Shown here one piece after another: positions 10,316-20,383 of a stretch of 64,000 bases of DNA. Position numbers and translations under genes: made by a program. Source of the DNA: Synechococcus sp. (GTDB lineage Bacteria; Cyanobacteriota; Cyanobacteriia; PCC-6307; Cyanobiaceae). A model generated the notes under the pieces. That model was given only the letters and a program-made list of their open reading frames with translations, was not told where the DNA came from and did not search any database. The stretch is taken from assembly GCA_047285535.1 (NCBI GenBank), contig JBJBDC010000001.1:832136-896135 (forward strand), given 5' to 3'. Numbering within the stretch: position 1 is the stretch's first letter; every line of letters starts with the position of its first letter.

Positions 10316-11974
10316 TTAGAATTTTATAGTAGTTTGAACTAGAGCGCCCAAGACATTAAATTGTCCATCATAACCGCTTCCATTCTTTACAAGAGATTGG
10401 GTGTCCTGACCTTCTGGGCGGGAAAGATAGAAGATGGCAGGTGTAATTGCAATATTATCTGTAACTTGGAAATTATAATACAGCTCTAAAACATAATTGC
10501 CATCGAACGGAGTATCACCACCTTTAAGACTAGTGGCAAAAGTAGGCTGGCCAACAGCGAAACCTAAATCATTACCTTTGAGGAATACGTCATTCCACTT
10601 TAACCCCGCCATCCAGCTTTGTGTTTGGATAGGTGTTCCATCCTGCTTATTTGCAGTACTAACAGTATTCAAACCCCAGCCCAAAGAAATTGATGGAATA
10701 AATCCAGCTTCTTCTGGCTGCCAATAAGCGTTCAAGGCATAACTGTTAGTGGAGCTGCCGCTACGTTTTTTATCTCCATTAGAATCTTCGTAGAAACATT
10801 CATTGTTCCATTTATCATTCCTTGCAAATGACGTGCCACGACGAAAACCGTTACCACTATCACACTGGCCATATCGATATCCAAAAGCAACACCCCAACG
10901 AGGACCTGCATAACCCAACTGAGCGAGTAGACTAGCCTCCGAATTCGCAGTCATAAAACCCCCTGCTCCAGGATCAGAAACATTGCCATCTTTATCGTCC
11001 GCAACATAATTGACCGATACACTGAATGCATTGGCACCCTTATCAACCTTTTGCCTCCAGTAACCACCAATCAGTTGACCCGTTTCTTTGTTGTAAACAC
11101 CACTGGTACCCATTAAGGCAGTCCAGTCAAGAATTTTGGCACCTCCTTTGTTGTACATAGAAGGCCATAGTGCCAAAGACTCAGTATTTCGAGCCACAGC
11201 ACCAGCAATTAGGGTGATTTGATCACCGACAGGAAACTTGTAGTAAAGACGATCAACAATTATGTTGTTGCTGAGATTGCTGTCGACAGCGCCAGAATCT
11301 GTAGCAACATCCAGAGCTGCAAGATTAACGCCAGATCCAGCAAAAGCATTTTTACCTCTCCTGAAGTTTCCAGCCCTAAGACGAGTTAAAAGCTTATCCT
11401 TTCCAGTAAAACTCGTATTGAGGATCAAACGCTGGTCATAGTTAAAAGTTGTCGCTCCGAATGCACCGTTGTAATCATCTGAACCATCACCAGAAGCGTT
11501 GGTGGCACCGATCACGAAGGTACTTTTACCCTTCAACGTGGTGGTGGTGGAGAACTGAGTGGCTTCCAGTTCGCCAACACGGGCTTCCAGTCCGTCCACA
11601 CGGCCCTTGAGGATGGCGAGTTCCTTCTCGAACTCTTTCATCAGGCGCTTGAGTTCGTCGGTCACTTCGGTGACGCGATCGAGACAGGCGTTCAACAGAG
11701 CCGCCGCTTCAAAGCGGGTCATCGCCCTGTTGCCGCGGTAGGTGCCGTTGGGGTATCCAGCGACGCAGCCGTAACGCTCGATCAGGTTGCTCAGGGCCTG
11801 ATAGGCCCAATCCGTGGGGTACACATCAGAAAACTGAGTGATGCTGGTGACCTGTTCACCAGTGGCGGTGTAGTCAGAGACACCGTTGATGTTGAGCTCA
11901 GTGGCGTTCGCAGCCATAGGGGCCAGAAGGCCCAGTGCTGCTGGAGCCACCAGCAGTTTGCGGAACAGTTTCAT
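10316..11974 (-). CDS. som: Som/OprB-type outer-membrane porin with SLH domain (probably the P-island porin)
   Basis: Signal peptide, SLH FSDVYPTDWAYQAL...TRFEAAA, coiled coil, TQFSTTT, terminal Phe. Confidence 0.93.
   Translation of the reverse strand: MKLFRKLLVAPAALGLLAPMAANATELNINGVSDYTATGEQVTSITQFSDVYPTDWAYQALSNLIERYGCVAGYPNGTYRGNRAMTRFEAAALLNACLDRVTEVTDELKRLMKEFEKELAILKGRVDGLEARVGELEATQFSTTTTLKGKSTFVIGATNASGDGSDDYNGAFGATTFNYDQRLILNTSFTGKDKLLTRLRAGNFRRGKNAFAGSGVNLAALDVATDSGAVDSNLSNNIIVDRLYYKFPVGDQITLIAGAVARNTESLALWPSMYNKGGAKILDWTALMGTSGVYNKETGQLIGGYWRQKVDKGANAFSVSVNYVADDKDGNVSDPGAGGFMTANSEASLLAQLGYAGPRWGVAFGYRYGQCDSGNGFRRGTSFARNDKWNNECFYEDSNGDKKRSGSSTNSYALNAYWQPEEAGFIPSISLGWGLNTVSTANKQDGTPIQTQSWMAGLKWNDVFLKGNDLGFAVGQPTFATSLKGGDTPFDGNYVLELYYNFQVTDNIAITPAIFYLSRPEGQDTQSLVKNGSGYDGQFNVLGALVQTTIKF
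11540..11974 (-). repeat. 435-bp 5' porin cassette, inverted copy of 38249-38683
   Basis: Manual alignment gave about 13 mismatches in 435 bp. Confidence 0.92.
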
Positions 11975-11980
11975 TTTCGG

Positions 11981-11989
11981 TCCTCACAC
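11981..11989 (-). promoter_or_regulatory. Yfr1-type sRNA target site GTGTGAGGA at porin RBS
   Basis: Minus strand ggtgtgaggaccgaaaATG, complementary to UCCUCACAC. Confidence 0.7.
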
Positions 11990-12078
11990 CAAAACGAATG
12001 AAATGCGGGATTTAAAAGTTCCCGATAGAAAATTAATGGAATGCCAACCCTTAGAACGTTGCCAATACACCATGGACC

Positions 12079-12094
12079 TGTATTACAGATTACA
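12079..12094. promoter_or_regulatory. NtcA/Crp-type palindrome upstream of porin
   Basis: TGTA-ttacagat-TACA, exact GTA-N8-TAC. Confidence 0.5.
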
Positions 12095-12849
12095 ATTGCT
12101 ACAAGCACGCGTATCAAGCGAATCCCGCCGGCTTTCCTTACCGCCTTGAGTTCTAGCTTTTTGTTTTTAATTTGGTCTGGTCACCTAGCAAAATCTGAGT
12201 AGGCTCGATATTTTATGGAAAGACAATGGCATAGAGATTCAGCAAGAAGCATCATGTTAATTAGACGAATAAAACCATCAATCATACTTAAATACACTTA
12301 ACAACTAACAGAAATCACACAAATAAATGATTTCGAGACCATAAATACTCATTATCCATCGCTTGACTAAGATTTCTTAAAATCCAGGTCAAGCCAACTC
12401 ATCTCAAATTGGATCAAAATGTTAATCAATCAGATCACACCCCGTAGTGGATTCGAACAACATGCCCGTTCTTAAAACTCGATTAAAAGATAATTGAACA
12501 GCATTTAAAGAGTCTACAGTCGTTCTCCCAATCCATTCATTTCAAATCCTATTCATTTTTAATCTGTTTTCTCAGAACTGGCATTCACAACCCTGCCAGT
12601 AAGGTTTCAGGCGTAAAAATTCGCATCAAAGAAATAAAAAAGCACAATTTATCTACTTAAACACTCACAAAACTGGGAACGATGAGCGATGTAACAAGAG
12701 TGGAGTAATTCGAAAAAAGTGATCAACAAAACCAAAGCAGATCCTACAAGTTGCGATACCTCCACAAGCTGAGACGTAATGAGATTTGTTATGGACTCGT
12801 ATACGGAGGAATAGAAGTGGGTCCAGTAACATACCATTTCCAATAGGGA

Positions 12850-13791
12850 ATGCTAAATCAGCTTCCGACAAAGAAAACGATGAATAATTCAATATTCCAA
12901 AACGACGGTACCGCCCAAGGGGTGGCAAAACAGCGACTGATTGAAACACTTGCCACACCAGGTAAACGCATCATCAATGACCCTTATGCAGAGAGATTCG
13001 TATTCGGAGCTGGATTGATCAAGCTGATGGGACATGCGGTGAGCGTTTGGTTAACTCAAAAATTAGCACCTGGTTTTCATGAACATTTAATTTGCCGAAC
13101 ACGTTTTATTGATGATCAGGTCCAAAAAAGTGTGGCTATTGGTGCAGAGCAATACGTCATTCTTGGCGCAGGCTATGACATGCGGGCGTATCGTCTTGCA
13201 CTGCCCTCTGCATTAAAAATCTATGAAGTTGATCAGCCTAAAGTTCAAGCAAGAAAATGCTCTAAACTTCCGAAAAGATTACCTAATTCAGAAAATATAA
13301 GCCATATAAGCATTGAATTCAATCACCAGTCACTCTCCAAAAGACTTTTAGCCGCAGGGTTCAATCAAAATAATTTTACTATTTTTACCATTGAAGGGCT
13401 TTCGCAATACATTTCTAAAAAAGCATTCATTTCAATAATCAACGAGCTGGCTATACTGACTGAAAACACGAATACAATTTTAGTAATCTCTTACGTTGAC
13501 GAGCACCTAAACACAAAGCCCGAAAGTTGCTTTGGCATGGGTTACCCAAATGCAGCTAAAAGAGCTGAATTAATAAAAGGTTTGGCAGCCAAGGCTGGCG
13601 AACCCTGGATATCATTCTACTCAGCAGATGAAATTGAAAAAATATTATCTCACAATGGTTTTACCGTGTACGAAGACACAACACTTGAGAGCCTTAATTC
13701 AATATACTTTAGTCCTGTCGACAGAACAGTTCCAACAAGGTCCATCATGAACCTGGAGCATTTTATCCTTGCCAAATCAATAAAGCACTGA
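12850..13791 (+). CDS. Class I SAM-dependent methyltransferase (LCM/Ppm1-like)
   Basis: RTRFIDD, VILGAGYDMRAYRL, YEVDQP, IEGLSQY. Confidence 0.88.
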   Translation: MLNQLPTKKTMNNSIFQNDGTAQGVAKQRLIETLATPGKRIINDPYAERFVFGAGLIKLMGHAVSVWLTQKLAPGFHEHLICRTRFIDDQVQKSVAIGAEQYVILGAGYDMRAYRLALPSALKIYEVDQPKVQARKCSKLPKRLPNSENISHISIEFNHQSLSKRLLAAGFNQNNFTIFTIEGLSQYISKKAFISIINELAILTENTNTILVISYVDEHLNTKPESCFGMGYPNAAKRAELIKGLAAKAGEPWISFYSADEIEKILSHNGFTVYEDTTLESLNSIYFSPVDRTVPTRSIMNLEHFILAKSIKH

Positions 13792-14736
13792 CCAAAAGAC
13801 ACAAACTAATAACGATCAAAACATTGTTTAAGGATCAATTTTAAGCAAGTAGGAACAACAAAGACTCGCCCTGGATGAACTCGATCAAAGCGATGTTGCT
13901 ACAAACAATCGTCATTGAACAACGAGTCAGATATGATTGAAAAACAATTGATTCCACTATTGCAGAGATGAATAAGATCTTCAAAGCACTACCTCTACGA
14001 TCCATCGTCGCTGGAACAACAGCGACCGTCTCTTCAGTTCAAAGTATCAGTGAATCGGTTCCAGATGAAAGCTTAAGGCTGGTGATGATTCGGCACAGAG
14101 AGAAGCGCCAAAAGGGCAAAAATCTCTCATGCAAAGGAAGAAGCGCACCCTACAACTCGCATCCATGCTCTCCAAGAAATCCCTAAAACCAGACTATACT
14201 TATGTACCTTCTTTGAGACTCGGTACATCCACAACTCACGCCAGAATGTTTCAGGCGATAATCCCATCCGCCATTAAGTACAACCTAAGAATCAACAGCG
14301 AATTAGACGGAAAAGCTCATGCGAAGATCACCATACATTTACTGAAAAAATCCCGCACGGTACTTTTAGTGTCGAGACACAGCATGATTCAATCCATCGC
14401 AAAGTCTCGTAGCGTACTCTCAATCCTACCTGGCGAAAGGATGATTTCGATAGCATCTGGGTGTTTTCTTTTGCCTATGGTAAGCCAAGTTAGCCATCGA
14501 AGAACAAGGAATAACGCCTTCATCCAAATGCATTTAGCTAGTAATCACTAAAGCGAATGATTGAATCCATAGCTAAATAGAAATCAGTAAAAGGTTGATT
14601 CAACGTAAACTTGATTCGTCAACGATCATTCAATTATTATTTTTTATTTTACGTGGTTAGTCACTTAATTTTTTTATTATCGTCGATCAAGAAGCAGGTG
14701 TTTTTAGTGCGTCCAGAAAGGATGCGATTAAGGAGA

Positions 14737-15783
14737 CTAACGCTCACAGTTGTCACCACTGTTACAAGGATAAAGGGCGTACCCTTTCCCAATAAGTTCT
14801 GGAGTGTCGCTGTTGTTTATCATCCACTTATCGAGCCTAAGCACATATTTATCACCACTCTCTATAAAGAGGCCAGCGAAATAAATCTCAATAAAAGGTG
14901 GCCAGCCACCGGCGCCCCCAGGTTCGTTATCTGCGTAGCACTTCCACCCATTAGTCACACCATAAGAATCCATGCTGGGTGATGTGAAGTTGGTGTTTGG
15001 CATCGAATCGTCTGCTTCACAGACCCAGGGATACAAGGCAAAAGTAAACGTATGCTTGACATTTGCTACATTGTTATAGGGATTAGTCCCATTATTGATT
15101 GATCGAATTTTATTGCAAACATCCTGATTCCAGGGGCGATCGAGATTGCCTCCTGCACCGCAGATCTGCCCAGTTTCTACACCGTCACCATTGAGATACC
15201 AGCCAGCCCAATACTTCATGCGCCCAAATGTTGTGCCTGAGTTGGGATGGGTGAAGGTGCAATGATTTCTGCCATGGGGACCTTTCTCACAGCCAGGGTG
15301 TTGTGATGTAAGGCCATCAAAACGTTCGATGTATTTGATGTCACCTAAGCAGTCGGGTTGAATGCCTGCCCCATCGCAGTTGTGAAACACCCAATAATCA
15401 CTCCGATTCTCTGCAGGGAAGCTGGCCCATGCTCGTGCCCCCATCTGCCATTGGGCGCCGGCAATGATGTTGTCGTAGGGTCCACCTCCACATGGATTCG
15501 GCAGATTTTTGTCGAGATTATATTGAAAGGGCCGATAGGAGAATGGGCTGCAGCTGATATCTTTTGCTCCTTCTCCTCCCCCTCCGCAGTAGTTGGTTAA
15601 TTTCGTTACTGTCCCATTGGGATAGGGGATTTTTGCCCAACAGAAGCCTTGCCCAAGTCCGCTGATCAAGACGGGCTTAGAGACGGGAGAGGTTCGAACG
15701 TTTATCTCCGCAGGTTGGTGAGCAAACGCCGTTGTCGTGAATGGAATAACAGGCGCTAGTCCAGCAACTAACAGAGGAAACAT
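14737..15783 (-). CDS. Secreted Cys/Gly/Trp-rich hypothetical protein
   Basis: 348-aa ORF, signal peptide ending TAFA, 14 Cys. Confidence 0.75.
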   Translation of the reverse strand: MFPLLVAGLAPVIPFTTTAFAHQPAEINVRTSPVSKPVLISGLGQGFCWAKIPYPNGTVTKLTNYCGGGGEGAKDISCSPFSYRPFQYNLDKNLPNPCGGGPYDNIIAGAQWQMGARAWASFPAENRSDYWVFHNCDGAGIQPDCLGDIKYIERFDGLTSQHPGCEKGPHGRNHCTFTHPNSGTTFGRMKYWAGWYLNGDGVETGQICGAGGNLDRPWNQDVCNKIRSINNGTNPYNNVANVKHTFTFALYPWVCEADDSMPNTNFTSPSMDSYGVTNGWKCYADNEPGGAGGWPPFIEIYFAGLFIESGDKYVLRLDKWMINNSDTPELIGKGYALYPCNSGDNCER

Positions 15784-16417
15784 CGTGTCCTAATGATGGC
15801 GTTAAAAGAACACTAGGAATGGATCACCCCTAGAACATGACTTTTTCATTCGTTCGCATGGGGAGACTGCCCGCACGACTACCTCCGGCGCTGTAGCAAC
15901 CAACATGGGTTCAGAATGGTTGAGTCAACAGTTCCTGACCACGCATGGTGTCCGAACGCATGATTCCTTAAGGCCATTGCCAATTCAGACTTTGAGTCCC
16001 CTCATATCAAACCAGTCAGTCCTCATCCCATGAGATGGGCCTTGGTCTCAGCTCAGCTGTGGTATCCCCAGCGCTTGCTTCCTGGATGCTGCCTCGATCC
16101 AATGAACACGCTCCCTTATGAGTGATGGTGATGCTGTAAAAACTGCTGCCTGATTAAGGTCAAGCACGACTTTAGATACTACGCAAAAGGTTGCGCAAAT
16201 CTGCTTGATCCATTCCAGATACAGGTTCATTTAATGACCATTGACGAGATAATAGTTCTGGAGAGGTGAATACTTTATTTCCATACATAGCCCTCAAGCT
16301 TTAGTGTATGTTCGATCATTGAGTTCAGAAAGCCTCAGTGATCACCACTGTAAGGATACGGCTCGAGCAAGAATTTTTTGAAAGAATTTTATAAAGAACT
16401 TTTTCATTTTCTACTGG

Positions 16418-16843
16418 TTATTGATAGAGCCGTGTACACGACCCCTTCCCTCGACTCACATCAGACTTCAAAGCTTTTCCCCATTTACTAGAACTTGTTA
16501 TTTGATCGGTTTTTCTATTAATAGTAATTTCTTTGCCAATATTCTCAAACTTAACCCAATCCTTGTTAACAATTGCTCTGACAACTTTAGGCTCGCGAAT
16601 GCTTCCATTTACATCAGCAGCAATAGAAACTGAATTGTCATAGATATGGATAATCCATGACCACATTGGCCGCCTTATTCGGGAACTACTTTCACTATTG
16701 GCGTAGGCAGAAGTAATTTCGAATTGATTGGACTGACAAGTTAGTGTTGCAGGAGGTTGCCAGAATGCCTTAGCAGACACAGGCATTGCTATAGCAACCA
16801 AAGCTGAAGAAGTGATAGAGGTAGCAAGAGCAAGTAAATTCAT
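16418..16843 (-). CDS. Small secreted hypothetical protein
   Basis: MNLLALATSITSSALVAIAMPVSAKA signal peptide; Cys near each end of the mature chain. Confidence 0.55.
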   Translation of the reverse strand: MNLLALATSITSSALVAIAMPVSAKAFWQPPATLTCQSNQFEITSAYANSESSSRIRRPMWSWIIHIYDNSVSIAADVNGSIREPKVVRAIVNKDWVKFENIGKEITINRKTDQITSSSKWGKALKSDVSRGKGSCTRLYQ

Positions 16844-17094
16844 TTTTGGTGACAGAAAAAGTGATCTAGGGTTCAAACTGGGAACACGTTTGCCCACATG
16901 GGGGATCTTCAGATTGATATGAAGAAAGAGAATGTGCAAAAATCTTTTTAAATACTGCCACATTCACAGAGATAGCAGGAGTAACGTCAGTGAGTATTTC
17001 CTAATAGATGTTTTAGAAAAAGATCAGGGCAAGCTAAGGAGGCCAGAAACAAGTGAGCTTAGCTTGAAAGTACAATGAATTTTATACCTAAAGA

Positions 17095-17460
17095 GTGGCC
17101 ATCATTATTCGTTCTTTTGTCCTAGGAATCGGCTCCATACTTCTATTCACTACCAACCTTGAGAAAGCGAGTGCTTCATGTATTAATAAAATACAGGTCG
17201 GCAATCAGGTGGCATGCCTGGGTAAATCAAAGCCTAGAATCAGTCCTAAAGACACATCAAAAGCCAGGATAAAATCTGTAGGCATAAGATCCCAATACTC
17301 TTCAGAACAAACAGATGAGAGGGTTGAAAGATGTGTTACTGAACAAGAGCGCCTGCATGCAAGCTTAAATAGAGACACCTCCTTGCGAAAAAAAGAGTTT
17401 GAATACAAGGCAAATGCTATTGAAAGCAACTTACGTAAATGCAGAAAAATAAAGCAATAG
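17095..17460 (+). CDS. Small secreted hypothetical protein
   Basis: Hydrophobic N-terminus ending ASA, four Cys, helical C-terminus. Confidence 0.55.
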   Translation: MAIIIRSFVLGIGSILLFTTNLEKASASCINKIQVGNQVACLGKSKPRISPKDTSKARIKSVGIRSQYSSEQTDERVERCVTEQERLHASLNRDTSLRKKEFEYKANAIESNLRKCRKIKQ

Positions 17461-17590
17461 CAATCTCAACTATTGACCTCTTCTCCTAGTTCTTGAGATA
17501 CTTTTGCCAACTATTGCAACCTCAACAGACTCAGTCCAGGTATCAAATAGTTGTTAAACACACTAGGCAGAGGTATTCGCTCGTGCTGCA

Positions 17591-18460
17591 TCAATTGAAG
17601 AACGCTTGCTTGTCATTCTGGATAAAGACGTTTTCGCTTTCCAGGTGAGCACGCATTGGATCCAAGCCAGCATCCAGAGTTTCCCCAAGACTGAACATCC
17701 CAAACTCTGGTTCGATGACAGTGGCGATCGTGCCTTTCGGATCCCCTCCGTCGAAGCAACAACCAGTGCACAAATTTTCACCGGTATCAGGTTGTTTCTC
17801 GCCGTAGTTCGTGGCCATGCTTGCCCCGGTGGCGCGGTTTGTTAGGTCATCAAAGGCGTTCTCTAGAGGATGGCGACTTCCATCAACTTGGGTTGAGTTA
17901 AAAAATTCGGTGTAACAGGGGATCCCCGCTAAGTCATCGTATTCGGGTTCAATCAAACCAGACGAAGTACGGCCAATGTGTTCACTTGCTACGTCTGTAT
18001 CTGTCACACGCGATTCACTAGGACCATACGCGACGTCTGTATCTGTCACACGCGATTCACTAGGACCATACGCGACGTCTGTATCTGTCACACGCGATTC
18101 ACTAGGACCATACGCGACGTCTGTATCTGTCACACGCGATTCACTAGGACCATACGCGACGTCTGTATCTGTCACACGCGATTCACTAGGACCATACGCG
18201 ACGTCTGTATCTGTCACACGCGATTCACTAGGACCATACGCGACGTCTGTATCTGTCACACGCGATTCACTAGGACCATACGCGACGTCTGTATCTGTCA
18301 CACGCGATTCACTAGGACCATACGCGACGTCTGTATCTGTCACACGCGATTCAACAGGAACGAATTCAGCTTTAGTGTCATCCCACTTCATGGAGCCGTC
18401 GGCCACGGGTTGGATAACGCCCTTGCTGGCAAAACTGTCGAAGGTGGTGATGTGGGGCAT
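17591..18460 (-). CDS. Acidic hypothetical protein with (ESRVTDTDVAYGPS)n repeats
   Basis: Longest open frame through the repeat, with protein-like flanks; probable start MPHIT at 18460. Confidence 0.6.
   Translation of the reverse strand: MPHITTFDSFASKGVIQPVADGSMKWDDTKAEFVPVESRVTDTDVAYGPSESRVTDTDVAYGPSESRVTDTDVAYGPSESRVTDTDVAYGPSESRVTDTDVAYGPSESRVTDTDVAYGPSESRVTDTDVAYGPSESRVTDTDVAYGPSESRVTDTDVASEHIGRTSSGLIEPEYDDLAGIPCYTEFFNSTQVDGSRHPLENAFDDLTNRATGASMATNYGEKQPDTGENLCTGCCFDGGDPKGTIATVIEPEFGMFSLGETLDAGLDPMRAHLESENVFIQNDKQAFFN
17991..18353. repeat. Perfect 42-bp tandem repeat, 8 full units plus a 27-bp partial
   Basis: Unit acgtctgtatctgtcacacgcgattcactaggaccatacgcg at 17991, 18033, ... 18327. 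Confidence 0.97.
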
Positions 18461-18760
18461 TGCTTGGGAAGCAGTGGAGGGGCATCCCCTCTCGATGAAC
18501 CCAGCATCTGCGGAATCAGCTGCCCAAGCGTTGACCTGCCTCACCAGCAGCTGTGATGTTGCTCACAGGAGCAAAAGAACACACCCTGCCGCTAGGCGAA
18601 AGCATAGGAATTAAACAGTTGCTTGAAACAGCAGCTGCTTTGTTGTGTAGAGGTTTTGCTGGGGACTGGCCAGGCCAACGCAAGTCCTCAAGCCCTGAAC
18701 CAACGGAGGTCAGTCCAGGGGCAGGAACTTCAAGGCTCAGGTGGAGCAAAGAAATGTCGT

Positions 18761-18979
18761 TTATCGAGTTGATATCTGATCAGAAGCGATTGAATCGAAC
18801 AACAGGTCAAATCTGACTGCATCACTCAAGCAGCAGAGTGTGACTAGAAAATGGCCTATCACGCAACTCGTTATATGCGGTTCGTATTGAGATCCAAGAT
18901 GCCTCCTGTGATCAGCAAGTGATTGGAGCAATTCATCATTGCTCTGTTGACATAGCTGTTCAATACGGAGTCCTGTCAT
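18761..18979 (-). CDS. Small hypothetical protein or gene fragment downstream of the integrase
   Basis: aagagg RBS before ATG; co-oriented with the integrase. Confidence 0.35.
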   Translation of the reverse strand: MTGLRIEQLCQQSNDELLQSLADHRRHLGSQYEPHITSCVIGHFLVTLCCLSDAVRFDLLFDSIASDQISTR

Positions 18980-19084
18980 ATTGACCTCTTAATACCATCA
19001 ATTTGCAGACACAGCGATTGGAGGTCATCAGTTTCAATACCTATACGGAATAAATTCCAATTGCTGAATTAATTTGGATACCGT

Positions 19085-20203
19085 TTATCTCGTCTTCATT
19101 TGATGCTGACTGAACATCTCGTCCATTTGGCTTTTGTTTATCCATCTGCGATAGGTGGTTTCGTGCACTCGCGTTGAATGTCCTAATAATTTTGCGGCAA
19201 GACTGGTTGAAAATCCTTCGCGCATTGCACGAATCGCCCAAGAATGGCGAAGAACGTAGAGGTTGAAAGGCAATCGCGCAGGTCTGGTTCTAACGCCAGG
19301 TCGCCCAGCGGGTTTTGCTCTGAAGTAATCGGATGCCGCTTTGGCAACGGTATCAACTGACTGCTTTGGTCGATGCATCTCGCGCAGCTTCAGATCATCA
19401 ACCCACTGCGGCATGAGCGGCCAGCTTTCGCGAGAACCAGTTTTTCCACCTGAAATCTCCAATCGCCCGTCACTTGTGACCATGCAGTTGGCAATTTCGT
19501 GTGGGCGAATCCCGTACGTCAAGCCAATGCCATAGGTCCAACGCCAATGCGGTGCTTCGATTTTGTCGTAATAACTGAGCAGTTCTTCATCGGAAGATAT
19601 GTCCCTTGGGGTCAGTTCTGCACTTGAGTAACCAGCTGCACTTTCGTAGATGTAACTGCGATCAAACTGTCGCCATGCCTTGTATGTGATGGTCGTGCTG
19701 AAAATGCTGCCATCTGTTTTTCGAGCAGCAAGACTTTGATTACTCAGTAGAAGTTCTCTAATTGATTCATTAGTGACGACCACAACTGAGGCATTGAGCA
19801 TTCGTTTGTACGCAGGTGAATACTTTTTGCCCCAAATCGATTTCCAAGTTCTTTCAACACCGGGGTATTTATGTTCAAACATTTCAACAATGGCATCCGC
19901 AAATTCAGCTGGTGTGATGTCTTCAGGAGTGATACCTCTTGACCGCTTCTTGATCGCCTCCTTACTCCATAATTCCCAAGCAAATGCCCCTCGCTGGATC
20001 TGATCGTCCAGTCCCAGTGCCATGGCCTTGAGCGTGACAACGTTTTCGGGAATGGCTTTAAGTCCCGTGCTGATGGTTTGGTACGTGTTTTTCCGTGTAT
20101 CTGCCTTAGTGGGAAGGGTCGCTCTGATCAAAAAATGATTAGATCGTTCCGACACACGGCAGTGCTTAAGAGCGCTGTTGAGTTTGTCGAGCCTTCCAGC
20201 CAT
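19085..20203 (-). CDS. Tyrosine recombinase / phage-type integrase
   Basis: YGIRPHE (R), GGKTG (K), YVLRHSW, LLGHS (H), TTY (Y); adjacent to tRNA 3' end. Confidence 0.92.
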   Translation of the reverse strand: MAGRLDKLNSALKHCRVSERSNHFLIRATLPTKADTRKNTYQTISTGLKAIPENVVTLKAMALGLDDQIQRGAFAWELWSKEAIKKRSRGITPEDITPAEFADAIVEMFEHKYPGVERTWKSIWGKKYSPAYKRMLNASVVVVTNESIRELLLSNQSLAARKTDGSIFSTTITYKAWRQFDRSYIYESAAGYSSAELTPRDISSDEELLSYYDKIEAPHWRWTYGIGLTYGIRPHEIANCMVTSDGRLEISGGKTGSRESWPLMPQWVDDLKLREMHRPKQSVDTVAKAASDYFRAKPAGRPGVRTRPARLPFNLYVLRHSWAIRAMREGFSTSLAAKLLGHSTRVHETTYRRWINKSQMDEMFSQHQMKTR

Positions 20204-20383
20204 GCCCAGATTTTTACACGGACTTTGCGCAGGAGCACGTGAGATTCGTCGGTTTACGTCCCGAAAAAGGGCGACATTGGTCCTGATGACACGGCCTCAG
20301 ACCAACCTTCAGGCCAATAAAAATGCCACCCTCATCACTGAGAAGTGGCTTGAATGCTGGAGTTTCGCCAGTCTGCCTATCAA

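Noticed and set aside
17991..18353. CRISPR array
   Set aside because: Units are contiguous and identical, with no spacers and no cas genes.
17976..18614. Plus-strand repeat ORFs, including the CICH-repeat frame
   Set aside because: They are open mainly because the 42-bp unit lacks stops. CICH is not CxxCH, and the minus frame has more protein-like flanks.
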